From Camelus dromedarius (lineage: Eukaryota): 64,000 nucleotides of DNA. Position numbers and translations under genes: made by a program. Below the pieces are notes generated by a model, which saw only the letters and a list, made by a program, of their open reading frames with translations, was not told where the DNA came from and made no database searches. This document shows positions 12,816-25,000 of the stretch, piece after piece (within the stretch, counting starts at the first letter, position 1; the number at the start of each line of letters is the position of its first letter). The stretch is from assembly GCF_036321535.1 (NCBI RefSeq), contig NC_087436.1, positions 78,246,001-78,310,000 on the forward strand. Direction: 5' to 3'.

Positions 12816-14559
12816 CCTCATACTGTTAACACACAGTATGTATTTTCCTTAAATGGAAGCCATTTATTACTCTTCCCCGTGGAGGAAGCCGATCAAACAA
12901 TGTCTTTGTGCAGCACACTTCAGTCAGTAAATATATACCTAAGAGCCTGGAATAATGAGGAAACCAGTCACTCCTAAGCCAAATGATCCACTGAAACTTG
13001 CATAGATAAATGAATACTATTAGACAAAGTGAAGATGGGATTTCCTCCAACTACAGGTATTTTACCCTAGAAACTAAAGAGCAAGTAAATATAACCAAGA
13101 ACCACAGTTTAAGATATTTACAGAATAAAGTAAAGACTAAAAGACCCTGGTGAGAAAGCTGCAAAGATGGAAGAAGATTCTGTACATTTTGACATTAAAT
13201 TATGCAAATCATATGCAAACTATGAAAGGCTGCATGAAGCCAGGGAAAGAGAATCTGCGGCTGTTTTCTTCTTCTTTTCAGCCTTATGTAAACATCTTCT
13301 GAAGTGAGCAGTGAGGGTATTGAATGTGAATCTCACAATAGTAAGATTTTCTAGGAACTTGAAGTCTAGCTCATAGAAAACTTCATTAATCACATATTCA
13401 AAAATGTAAATTAATCCTATAGAAAATGTTGTGATCTTTGTATCACTATGATCATTTAAAAACGGTTTTTAAGTACGTTTTAGGACTCCCTATTTCCAGA
13501 CCTCAGCCTTCAGACAGCATATCAGCTCCCTTTTGAATGAGTACTCAGAAGCAGAAGGATCACTTAATCAAAAGTTATGCATGTCACATTAGACTTGGTG
13601 TCATAAAGGTGAGAAGACTCAGTCTGACCATGAATATATCCTAACTCATACACCAGCGAACTAGATGACAACAAGCCGTATTTGATTCTCTGAGGTCATT
13701 CGCATTGGCTAACTCCTTTCCCTGGGAACAACTCATTCGACACCATATCATTTTGACTTCGGATGAAGACATGAAAAAGCCTCCTCTTCAATTCATTCCA
13801 GTAACACAGAACAGCTATTTCACTGCCTTTTCTGTTGAATCTATAACCCTTGAGATAAATGAAAAAGAATACCTCAAGCTAAGAAGAAACAGAAAAGGAG
13901 ATGCACAGAAAATATGATGAGCATGGAGAAAGCCAATTAAACAAGTCCAAAAAGATTCCTGCCAGTCACTTCTTTAGAAAGAAAATTCACCACAGGAGAA
14001 TGGAGATAGATGATTAAAACATGATTTCTGCCTTTAATCTTCTCAGATTTTTTAACTTTCAGCCAGAACCCAGGATATGAAATTTCAGATTTATCCAAGC
14101 ACAACAGTCCTGAAGGAAGCCCAGCAATTGTCAGCTAATCAAAATAATCCATCCTGTTACGAGGGAATAGAACATGTCCTATCCTTTATTGGCAGAACAG
14201 GGCTGGAGATAGTCACCTTTCTTTGCCACTTAAGCTCTCTTAAAATGTAGGGGAGGAAGGAAACAAACTCACTGGGTGACATCCATAAAGTATTAGTTAG
14301 CACTGGAGGAGACGGCAGGGAAAGTGTGCAATTGCATCACTGGTCAGATGAAGAGGAAACAGAAGGAAACCAAGGCCAAGAGATGCTAAATGACTTTCTG
14401 AAAGTCACACGGTAACTTAATGTCCATGGAATGGGACCCGGCCTGATACCTATTTTTTTACTTACTATGCCAAATAATTTTCATCTAAGGATTTTAATTA
14501 TTTATGTGTAATTACTTATGCTATCATAAATAGTCAGCTGCCGATTACATGTTCCATTA

Positions 14560-15080
14560 AAATTAGTGTTGATCATGTCATTCATTCCCCTTGCTTTAAA
14601 CATCATTTTATCTCCAAAAGATAAAATTCAACACAGGTAGAACATGAGTTCTTTCACAACTTAATCCCCCAGCCTAGACTTCCAGACCTCCCACCTCAGA
14701 CCTTATATTCCAGAAACATCAAACTGCTTATAGTTCTCAAAATAAGGAAGATTATTTGACACTGCCTTGGTTTGCACAGGCTCCTTCCTCCACCTGACAT
14801 GCTGTTTTCCCACTGTTTTGGGAAAAAAAACTCTTACTCGTCCCTGAAAACACATCTCTTCCCTAAAGACTATGGTTCAACATGGAATTAGTCAAAGCCT
14901 CCCCTGTACTTTCAACATCACTTTGTTGCTGAGCTAATCACATAGCTTAGCAATTATTCCTTCCTCTGTCTCTCTACCAAACTGGGACACCGCTAGCGGA
15001 CAATCCATCACCTTCCATCTTTACATCCCCAGCTGCGAACACATAAGTACTCAGCTAATATTTGTTGAATAAGTGAATGG
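14560..15080 (+). mobile_element. L2 LINE 3' region
   Basis: Pyrimidine-rich L2 body ending 'cacataagtactcagctaatatttgttgaataagtgaatg'. Confidence 0.65.
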
Positions 15081-15999
15081 TATGGGGGCTAAAATAGATG
15101 CCATCATTTCTATCTGTCTTATTTTATATCAGAGAAAGCTAGTTCAAAATACAGTTGACAGCAATCAAGGAACTGTGGTAAAGCTAAAGATTAACACTTG
15201 CAATTATTACCCATTTTAAATTAGCATAAAAATATATCAAACCTGACTATGCAAAAGGGATTGCAGCAGAGAACAATCTATACACAATGTGCATTGATTT
15301 AAGCAGGGTTTTGTTGTTTTTTTTTAAAGAAAAGCTTTCTTGGAACAGGTGACCTTTAATACCACTTAGATTTAATTGCAAATACTTTAGTACCTGATGC
15401 CTATTAATTTGTCTACCCTGCCAGAAGCAAAGCCAAGAAACCACAACAAAAGAAAAATAAACCTTTAAATGCAAGCGACTGAGAACTGGCTCTGAGTAAC
15501 AATTACCTTGGGTAATGTAGAGATGCTAAGTAGCCAATACAGTCCACTAAATAAATTTCATTCTCAATTATGGAAAATAAGGAGGGCAAAATAAGAAAAC
15601 TTCATCATTCATTGTACATTAAAGGACTCCAAAGGGAAGTATAGATTACTTTGTTTTATTTTATAGAGGAGAAAAGCCCAGCTTCACTGAGGCAATCTCA
15701 CCCAGCAGAAAGGGCTTTGCCTGCATATTCTTAGCAATCTGCTTGCTATCAAGGGGCAGGGGCAGGGGATCCAGATACAAACTGCCAAGGACTGTCTCTC
15801 CAGTCATTGTAGAGGTCACGCCAATGATAGATAGCAAGCCGGTGGAACTGACAAAATATTTAGCTAATGACTGACTCTTCCTGAAAATTGACTGGATACT
15901 AACCTTGGCCTCAATAAAATATTTGGAGCCCCCTTAATGCTTTGAAGTTGCAGCATACCAAAAGATAAATATTCTAGGCATGCAGTTCTTTTCCTGAAA

Positions 16000-16244
16000 G
16001 TGAAAGTTCTTGTCAGTTCTCAACTTTGGTGAGTTCAAGCCCATTGACTGGCCATGGTATCAGTTACCTACTCCTGGAGCTAAAGGCAACGGGAGTGGAG
16101 GGAGGCAGTGTTCAGTCCCACCCAAATAAATAGCCCAGGTAGGAAAAAGGGTGTTCACTAAAGAAAAAACAGAGGGCTGTTAACAGAAGAAGAGAGAGTG
16201 AGGGAATGGGTGTTGGGCAGGTGACAACATATGGTGTTCATTTC
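16000..16244 (-). mobile_element. Ancient MaLR (MLT1J/K-like) LTR fragment
   Basis: 'attgactggcc...gggctgttaacagaagaag...gggaatgggtgttgggcagg' is typical of reverse MLT1J/K. Confidence 0.5.
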
Positions 16245-16273
16245 AGAATCTGAGAAAATAAAGGACTGCTAAA

Positions 16274-17017
16274 GGAGAGAGTGTGGAGAAAAGGGAACCC
16301 TCCTACACTGCTGGTGGGAATGTAGTTTGGTGCAGCCATTATGGAAAATGGTATGGAGGTTCCTTAAAAAAACTGAAAATAGAGCTACTATATGATCCAG
16401 CAATCCCACTCCTGGGCACATATCTGGAGAAAACTCTAATTTGAAAAGACATATGCACCCCAGTGTTCATAACAGCACTATTTACAATAGCCAAGACATG
16501 AAAGCAACCTAAATGTCCATCAACAGATTATTGGATAAAGAAGCTGTGATATACATATACAATGGAATACTACTCAGCCACAAAAAAAGAATGAATGATT
16601 GACACTGGCAGCAACATGGATGGACTTAGAGAATATCATACTAAGTGAAGGAAGTCAGACAAAGAAATACAAATATCATATGACATCACTTATATATGGA
16701 ATCTAGAAAATAATACAAATGAATCTGTATACAAAACAGAGACTGACTCACAGACATAGAAAACAAACTTATGGTTACCAAAGGGGAAAGGGAGTGGGGA
16801 GGGATAAATTAGGAGTATGAGATTAACAGAAACACATTACTATACATAAAATAAATAACAAGGATTTACTGTATAACATAGGGAACAATATTCAGTATCT
16901 TGCAATAACCTATTATGGAAAATAATCCAAAAAATATATAAAATATATGTATATAACTGAATCACTTTGCTGTATGCCTGAAACTAACACAGTATTGTAA
17001 ATCAACTATACTTTAGT
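16274..17017 (+). mobile_element. 5'-truncated L1 (ORF2 C-terminus plus 3'UTR), cetartiodactyl/camelid type
   Basis: 'gtgtggagaaaagggaaccctcctacactgctggtgggaatgta...ccagcaatcccactcctggg...aactaacacagtattgtaaatcaactatact'. Confidence 0.92.
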
Positions 17018-17086
17018 GAAGAAGAAGAAGAGGAGGAGGAGGGAGAAGGAGGAGAAGGAGGAGGAGGAAGAGGAAGAGAAGAAGAA
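17018..17086. repeat. Pure purine (GAA/GAG) tract at the L1 tail position
   Basis: 69 nt containing only A and G. Confidence 0.9.
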
Positions 17087-17150
17087 TTTGAGAAAGTTAA
17101 GGAATGTTAAAAGGAGATCAACTAATAAAGATATAACGACAACTATCTCA

Positions 17151-17294
17151 GGGGGAGGGTATAGCTCAAGTGGTAGAGTGCATGCTTAGCATACACAAGG
17201 TCCTAGATTCAATCCCAGTACCTCCTCTAAAAATAAATAAATAAGTAAACCTAATTGCCTCCCCCACCCAAAAAAAAAAAATTAAAAAAAAAAA
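17151..17294 (+). mobile_element. tRNA-Ala(AGC)-derived camelid SINE (Vic-1 type)
   Basis: Head ggggagggtatagctcaagtggtagagtgcatgcttagcat... with A/B boxes, aaataaataagtaaacctaatt body, A tail; degenerate TSD aactatctca/aagtacctca. Confidence 0.9.
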
Positions 17295-18524
17295 GTACCT
17301 CAAGAACTTCAAATATGCTAAAACAGTATGTAGATTTATGCCATGAGTATCAGGAGAACAGAACAAGGACCAAAAAGTAGAATTTTAAAGAGAAAGCTTT
17401 AACATAAGGAAGAACTTAACCATAATACGAGGTGTTTAAAATTAAGGAAGCAGCCCTAAGACAGATTGGTTCCCCGTGACTGAAGCGGACAGGCAGAGAC
17501 TCTTCCTCCCTCCCACGTCTCTCTCATCTTAGGAAAGAAGCTGCTCTGCCCCCTCTACTCACCCTTTCATGCTCTTCTTCTCCCTGGGAGGAGAAGGCAC
17601 CTGATGCTCACTGTAATACAGCCAAGGCTCTCTCCAGACTCTCTCCCTTGCAGAGCTGCCTATATACAAGAATCACATCCATTCTCCTCCTCTTGTGCGA
17701 ATGCTCCCAGGATGGACCCTGCAATGGCTGGGGAGAACTCCAGTCATCCAGCGTTAGGGTCTGCACCTGGGCAGGAGGCTCAATCCCAGAGATAAGACAC
17801 AAGAAGCCACTCTGACCACAGGATTCTGAACCACCTTTGCCAGTATTAGAGTCAATGTTTGACTCTTATCTCACTTCCATGTGTATTCTAAGTCGCTCAG
17901 AATTTAAAAGGAAGGGGAGTGTGGTTAATTGGCTCCCTTAATCCCTCACAATTTTCAGAAGTGATTCAGACTTGGCCTAGAAATGGTGTCTGGAGTGGGG
18001 ATGTTGTTTGGAATAGTCCACTAGACTTCCTTCCAATCTATAACACTAGTTATGCAAGGCAAAAAGGGTCACTGCAAATAGCCAGTAATTATTCGTACAT
18101 GTCTATTCTTCAGAAACAGTCTGAGACTTTTACCTGATGGCAGACCACTAGAAAATCCAGTATCCTTTTATTGAAAACTGACACTGTTTACCTCAGGCAG
18201 TGGGATTTAATGGAATTCACTGTCTCTAAAAGCAGAAAACCTGATTCCTACCTCACTGAACAGCCATATGGCATTTATCAGTTAACCCCTTGGCTCTAGT
18301 TAACCTTTGCGTGAAATAAAGTAACAATGACAACATTTTACTACAGTGTTGGAGAATTGCTGATTGGGTGTGTAGTAGTATTTATAAAATAGTCATAATA
18401 TGCTAAATGCTAAAAAGGGAATTTTACCTTCTAAAAGTGAACGGGTTATTGTAAAAAAAGATGATTTGCTAAGTTCTCAAACTGAAATTAGCAGAAAATA
18501 TGGAAAAATGCATGCACTGGATCT

Positions 18525-20260
18525 AGAACATCCAAAGCAATATTGAAAAAGAAGAATAAAGTTGGAGGACGTATACTACCTGACTTCAAGACATTAAGCT
18601 ACAGAATTAAGATAATGTGTTACTGGCATAATAATCAACAAACAAATCAACATAACAGAATAGAAAGACAAGAAATAGAAACGTTCCTTTAATTTTTTGA
18701 CAAAGACAAAAAGTCACAGCAAATGTGCTGTAATAACTGGATATTCATATGCAAAAAAATGAACTTTGACCTTTACTTCATACCAAGTACAAATTAATTT
18801 GAAATAGATTGCACACTTCTCACCACAGTTAAATAATAAAGCTTTTGCAAGAAAAGGTAGGGAATATCTTTAACACTTGGAGGAAAATGAATGTTTCTCA
18901 GCTGATCTTCCCAGTAAAAAATGGGTAAGATCTCAGCAGATCTCTTAGTAAAGTAGTTATATGAAAGGCCAATAAGTACATTTGCATTCTCATTAGAGAA
19001 ATTTTTTAAAAAACCAATGAGATACCAGTAATATCCACCAAGATGCCTAAAACTAAAAAGACCGTCAACACCAAACGTTGACAAGGACGTAGAGCAACTG
19101 AAATGCTCCTGTAGTCTGGTGGGAATATAAAACAGTACAACTGGTGGTGTGCAGGAGCTAGTTTGCACTGGTTCACAAGACTCAGTCCTGCACATCTCTT
19201 CCCATCTTAGCTCTTAATGACTTCACACTGGTAGCCTGAAATTGGCCATAATGGGAGTATTTACATCATGAAATTGGCAATTTTGCACTTGTTGTTATGG
19301 GTAGTCTTCATCATCATTGTCTTCTCCATCTCTTCCTCCTCCTCTACCTCCTCCTACTTTTCCTCCTCCTTGTTTTTTGGTTTTTTTGTTTGTTTGTTTG
19401 TTTGTTTTTCCTTTTTGGAGAATCAGTTGATAAACATTTACCAACATATCACTGGGTACAACAACTTTAGGATAATTCATGTCCATTTCTTATAAAACTA
19501 AATATACACCTACTCCCTGACCTAGCAATTCCACAAAAAATTTTCTACAGGAGTGTTCATAGCAGCTTTACTCATAATAACCAAAACCTAAATATAGCCC
19601 AGATGTCCATAAACAGGAGAATGGAGAAACAAACTGTGGTATCATCATATATTAACTAGTTCTCAGCAAGAAAAACAAACACACACTACAATGGATGAAT
19701 CTCAAAAACACTATGCTGAAAGGAAGAAGCCTTACAGAAGAGTATATATTGTATGATGACATTTATATAAAGTTATAGGACAGGCAAAACTAACAAGGCC
19801 AAAAAATAGAACAATGGTTGCCTTTGGGGGTGGAGAGTGGGGCAGGGACAGCCTGGGAAGGAGCATGAACGTACTTCCTGGGGTAATGAAAATTCTGTAA
19901 CTTAATAGGAATTTGCATTAAACAGGTACAAGCATTTGCCAAACCCAGTGAATACACACAAGCTTTGGGTGTTTCACTCTATGTACATTACCTCAAAAGA
20001 AAAATACTTAAACAAATATTGAACTCTAGTTAATGATTCACTTGCTGAAATATTTAAATGTGTTCTCATGTCTGAAACTTTAATGGATCACAAAAATAAG
20101 ATTGGTGGATGGACAAAGAGACAGATAGATGGATAAATATACGATAAAGTAAATTAGTAAGATGTTAATGGAAGAATCTAGGACATATTATGAGTGTTCA
20201 CTATAAAATTCTTCAACGTTTCTGTGTTTGAGATTTTTCATAATAAGGTGTTGGAGAAAA
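18525..20260 (+). mobile_element. Old L1ME-type LINE (ORF2 end plus 3'UTR) interrupted by MER63A
   Basis: 'aaagcaatattgaaaaagaagaataaagttggaggac' ORF2 remnant; 3'UTR ends 'gagatttttcataataaggtgttggagaaaa'. Confidence 0.8.
19142..19454 (+). mobile_element. MER63A hAT MITE nested in L1
   Basis: Termini tggtggtgtg...atatcactg; 8-bp TSD agtacaac (19134-19141) / ggtacaac (19455-19462); internal 'ggtagcctgaaattggccataatgggagtatttaca'. Confidence 0.8.
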
Positions 20261-20570
20261 TCAGTAAAAGATAAAATGTATAGCTCTTACTTAATGAGTC
20301 CTTATCATTGCCATGTAATATGCTAGATGTTTTATAAGCATTATCTAATTTAATCCTCCCAACCATCCTATGTTAGATACCATCATCATTTCCATTTTCC
20401 AAGTTTAATCTGTCTCATCCATACATTATACAAATCTCTTCTCTGTATGGAAGAAACAGAAGGACAAAAGCAGAACAAAAGTCAAAAAGAAAGTCAACTG
20501 GTAATACATGAGTGATGGGAATATTTGGTCAGAATCCCTGCTTTACCATCTTTTAAGACTAAATTACAAG

Positions 20571-20949
20571 CAGCACTGGGTACATAATTTGTGGAGCTTA
20601 ATGAAAAATAAACATGAAGGACTTCTTGCTCAAAAGTTAAGAATTTCAAGAAGGTAGTGGGGACGGTATAGCTCAGTGGTAGAACCCATGCTTAGCATGC
20701 ACAAGGCCCTGGGCTCAATCCCTACTACCTCCATTAAAATAAATAAATAAGTAAACCTAATTACCTCCCCCTGAAAAACTTAAAAAACGAAAACAAAAGA
20801 ATGAACAAAATTTCATTAAAAAATCAATAAGAGAAGAAAAAATTTTAAAAAAAAGAATTTCAAGAAGGTGACCATAGGGCATCAAACCAAGTGTGGGGCC
20901 CTTCTTCAATCCAGCCCCATGTCCCCACACCCCCATGACGCAGACCCTG
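20571..20949 (-). mobile_element. MER45A hAT-Tip100 MITE interrupted by a SINE
   Basis: 'cagcactgggtacataatttgtgg...aagaatttcaagaaggtgac...aaaccaagtgtggggcccttct...gaccctg' is reverse MER45A. Confidence 0.75.
20656..20852 (+). mobile_element. tRNA-Ala-derived camelid SINE (Vic-1 type)
   Basis: tRNA-like head at 20659; perfect 17-bp TSD aagaatttcaagaaggt at 20639-20655 and 20853-20869, at a TT/AAGA L1-endonuclease-type site. Confidence 0.93.
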
Positions 20950-21229
20950 GATAAGGAACAGAAAGCTTGATGTCATTAGGATTACTCCAGATTCCTCACA
21001 ACATCAAACGACTCCTTCTGTGATTACATTTTTTCTTGTCTCCCATTCCGGAGTCAGGGTTTTCATACCCAAGATGCAAAAAAGGCCAGCTGAAACCTGG
21101 GTGGTCATGACGTCTGAATACCAAAGCTGTAGTAAGTCCCTATAAAGTCTGTTTTGTGTTCTTGCCAAAATTAAGACATGTTAGTCATAAAAGGCACTGA
21201 TCTTCTCTCAAAGTGTTAATCACAGACAA

Positions 21230-21620
21230 GACGGGATGCTGATAGATCATCCTGCGGAAGTAAATAGGTTTCAAAGAGGCATCTTTGGGGCTTTGTCACC
21301 AGCGGAATGAATGCGAGATCGATCTATCATTCCGCTCCAGCTCCAAAACTGACGGGCAGTCGGGGAAGGTCTCCTCTGTCTATGGGGCTGCCTTTCACCC
21401 TCAGGATTTCCAAGCAAAAAGCTCATTTGTACTTTAGAAAACGGAGACGATGGCACCAACTGAACATGCTTTAAAAAATAAAGCTCCCATCCATTTCCAG
21501 GCCTCGACAATTTAGCAGCAGCCTGGCTGCCCCCCGCCCGGGCTGCCGCTGCCATCGGTAATTCCCAGACAGACATAAAACACAGCAGTTCTGCTATGGA
21601 TAATAGGCTGTTCATCCACT
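21230..21620. promoter_or_regulatory. Candidate enhancer or conserved non-coding element
   Basis: No recognisable repeat; about 15 CpGs by hand count in 21230-21560; ETS motif GCGGAAGT at 21254-21261; central palindrome. Confidence 0.4.
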
Positions 21621-22874
21621 GAAAAGACTTCTATATTTTTTCATGTACTGTACAAAATGCTTCATTTCGACTAGAATCAAAATGACAAATCCTTTTACAT
21701 CAGAGTTCTGCTGGCTGCCTCGGGAAGCTGAAAAACACTGTCACTCAAGAATAACCGGGAGCATTTTAAGAAGCCCCAGCTGGGGAAAGGCATGGAGACC
21801 TGACTGGCCTCCCTCTTCATCCTGTACCAGACACTGCATGGGTGATTCACATTAGAATGATCACTCCCTCAGCCTTAATAACTCTATATTCCAAAATCTG
21901 TCCCCAGATTACTCCATTTAAGAGACCTATCTGAGAAAGGTCACACGAAGATGCAGCACAGGAACGGGTTGCTCTGAGGACTTCCAGGAAATCCTTAATT
22001 TCAAAGGGCAGAAACCACTTACAGTGAGAAAGCAGGAAGTATGCTGATTCCCTAGCAATTTCGGGGGCCGCTGCCTCCGGAAAAGGCGCTCTGTGAAATG
22101 CAGAAAGCCAGCAGGCCTCCAGTGGCTGAGGGGCTGGACTTTCGTCCTTCTGGAGTGTGACAAATACAGTGCATTTCCAGTAAGAGGAGGTTCTCCTCTC
22201 CTCTGCAGACTTTGCGTTATCCACACACCTGGAACTATGTCAAGAAATCCACCTCACAGGGGTGGCTAGCCCGACCTGTTTGGATCAAAGTTCCCTTACT
22301 TGAGACGGGCTGAGCACAAGGATAAGTAAAGTCAGCATGGGCTTTTAATTTGGAGAATTCACCAGCATCAGGGCAACTTCATCCAATGAAGCAAATTACT
22401 GGAATGAAGTCTTGGGGTGGATTTCCTGCCAAGCTTATTTACAGCACAGATCAATGCACATCAGCTGCGGAGCACAATGCGAAGACGGTACCTGGAGATG
22501 TGTATTTACAGCCTCAAGTACCTCCCTGCAAAGCCAAACTCTCCCTCAAATAAAGTGAACAAATGGATAATTTAGCAGGATTGGTGATGCAATAGATAAT
22601 GTGTTTGACTACAAGTAAACCAGTTGTTCACTACTCTTGTTTTTAGTCAATCAGTGATGTCTTTGGAAACCATTTATCTTTTTTTTTTTTAATTTACTGA
22701 TATTACTGTTGTCAACGAATCTGAGCTGGGAGGCCGTGAGGGTAGCATCGTGTTACCAGGATGTGGAAATACCTATTTTTAAATATGTTCACTTGAAAGC
22801 CATATTTCTAATATTTTAAACATATCACCATGTGCACCTTCCCAGTATTTCTCCAAAATGCTAAACTGTGAAGA

Positions 22875-23085
22875 GGATAAACTTTGAGAGCAAATGAACC
22901 TGGTTTGAATCCTGCCTCCATCAGTTAGCAGTTAGTTGTAAGATTCAAAGCAAGTATGTAATGGCTCCAAGCCTTGGTATTCCTCTTTTGTAAAATGGAG
23001 GAGATGATACACTGTCCCTGGCATGTTGTGAGGATTAAACAAGGCAATGTGTGTAAGATATCCAGCAAGGTGTTAAACACACATC
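22875..23085 (+). mobile_element. MIR SINE
   Basis: 'cctggtttgaatcctgcctcca...ttcctcttttgtaaaatggaggagatgatac...gttgtgaggattaaac'. Confidence 0.75.
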
Positions 23086-23489
23086 ATGGGTTCCCTCTCA
23101 CTCTCCCCTCTTCCCCTCGCCTACTAGGGGTGGAATCGCCCCGGAATTGCCCTTGTGTTGCCTCCACGTGATGCTCACGATCCCCTGAAGGCGGCTCAAG
23201 AGCAGCTTTAACAATCTCCAGTCATCCTACTTGCCAGAGTCACAGTGAATAATACATACAACATGATCGACATGCCGGAGGGTTTCTGCACTGGAAAATC
23301 ACATTAGCAGCATCGCATAACAAAAGCTTTAAATGTGAGCCTCAAACGAAATAAAGCTTGATCACTCAGCTCAAAATTCAGCATTTCATACTTTGTCTCA
23401 CTGAAGAACCTACAATCGCCTTTGACCAGCATTTAATCCACACTTCTCTCCAACAGATAGTAGTAAATTTGCAAGATTCTCCCTCAGAA

Positions 23490-23715
23490 ACAGTGATGTG
23501 CGTAGGTCTGGGGCCAGTCTACCTGGGCTGGAATCCCAGCTCCTCCACTCAGTAACTGGGTGAACTTGACAAAGTACTGACCTTTCAGGCCTCGGTTTCC
23601 ACAACTTTAAATGAGAACAAGAGCATCTGTTTCGTTGTATCAAGTCAGGATTATAGAAGTTGATGATGTAAAGCACGTAGATGGGTCCTGACACAGAGTA
23701 AGAGCTCAGACACGA
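23490..23715 (+). mobile_element. MIR SINE
   Basis: 'cctgggctggaatcccagctcctccactcagtaactgggtgaacttgacaaagt...cctcggtttcc'. Confidence 0.75.
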
Positions 23716-23938
23716 ATTTTTCCAGCCTACCTAACACATCAGCTGGAATTCTTTCTGGGGACCAGCACATTGGACTGGTCTTTCAAATAGAATGTGGTCG
23801 CCATTTTCCCCAGAAAGTCTGTTTCTCTGTCTGAGACTCTACAGATCACCAGAAGAACAGAAGTTGGAAATGAGGAGGAGGAAGTAGAACTGAAGATACC
23901 CAAAGATCTGCTCTGACTTGGGCCTGAAAGGCACCCCC

Positions 23939-23940
<2 letters not shown>

Positions 23941-23982
<42 letters not shown>
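23941..23982. repeat. (CA)21 microsatellite
   Basis: Perfect run. Confidence 0.97.
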
Positions 23983-23983
<1 letters not shown>

Positions 23984-24190
23984 TTAGAGCAACTGCCTCC
24001 TCATAGAGACAGAACCTGAGGACAGAGAGATTAAGTGACCAACTCAAATCCCTATCTGTTTTCAATTTGGAAAAAAAAAAAAAGGAATAGAAGATATCTA
24101 AAATGTCCCCTTTACTAATGATGATTTCCAAAACCAAGTTAAGTGACCAAGTTCTAGAAGACATCTTCTGATATTTCAGTCAGGTGATTT

Positions 24191-24350
24191 ACAGCCATAC
24201 TTCTCAAACGTTAGTTATACAGAGGAATCACCTGTATACAATGCAGATTCTGATATAGCGGGTTGGGTGCGCCTTGAGCTCCTGCATTTCTAACAAGCTC
24301 AGGGCAATGTCAACGCTGCTGGTGGGCGGCCCACACTTGGAGGAGCAAGG
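24191..24350. mobile_element. MER5-family hAT-Charlie MITE
   Basis: 'cttctcaaac...gaatcacctg...aatgcagattctga...ctgcatttctaacaagctc...ccacacttggaggagcaag'. Confidence 0.75.
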
Positions 24351-24589
24351 ATTCAGAGATCCACTCCAATATAGTCTGCTAGTCACGCCTGCAAATTTCT
24401 CTTTCCTAAGAGAAAACAGCCCCATATCCAAAGAAAACCATCCTGTACAAATCTGTGGCTGGAATGAGTGCTTACTCTGGGCTTCCAATATCTCTATGGC
24501 AGCTGGTTCAGTTGGTGAGCATGTGCTGCTAATGGGGGTCTAGAACTCGAACTTGACTTCACCAGCCATGATCATCATAGCTCTATTTT

Positions 24590-25000
24590 TAAAATACTGC
24601 TTGACTCCTCTCTGTGCAACACAGGTCTAGGAACTCAGGATGCAAGCCATGATCAAAATAAAGTCCTTGCTCTCACAGAGCTTACATTCTAGTGAGGGAG
24701 GCAATAAACAAGCAGCCAAGAAAGTAAACAGCATGCCAATGGTGACAATGCTATAGAGAAACACAAGGCAGAGCAAAAGTGATGAGTGCCATTGTGGGGA
24801 ATTTATTCAACAGAAGGTGGTCAGGAGAGGCCTCCGAAAGCTGACATTTGTACAGAAACCTTAAGGAAATGAGGGATGCAGCCATGTGGGTCTTGGGAAG
24901 ACTGTTCAAGGCAGAGCAAACAGCAAGTTCAAAAACTGAGGCTGGAAACAGGAAAGCCCGGATCCGGGAGTACCGTGAGTGAGAGGCAGAGCAGGTGATG
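24590..25000 (-). mobile_element. L2 LINE 3' region
   Basis: 'aagtccttgctctcacagagcttacattctagtgagggagg...ggtggtcaggagaggcctc...gacatttg' is reverse L2. Confidence 0.75.

Noticed and set aside
17151..17230. tRNA-Ala(AGC) genes here and at 20659, 30547 and 47151
   Set aside because: Stem mismatches, shared non-tRNA body, A-rich tails and TSDs show they are SINE heads
21847..22226. Minus-strand ORFs of 125 and 99 aa
   Set aside because: No recognisable similarity or clear exon boundaries; treated as non-coding
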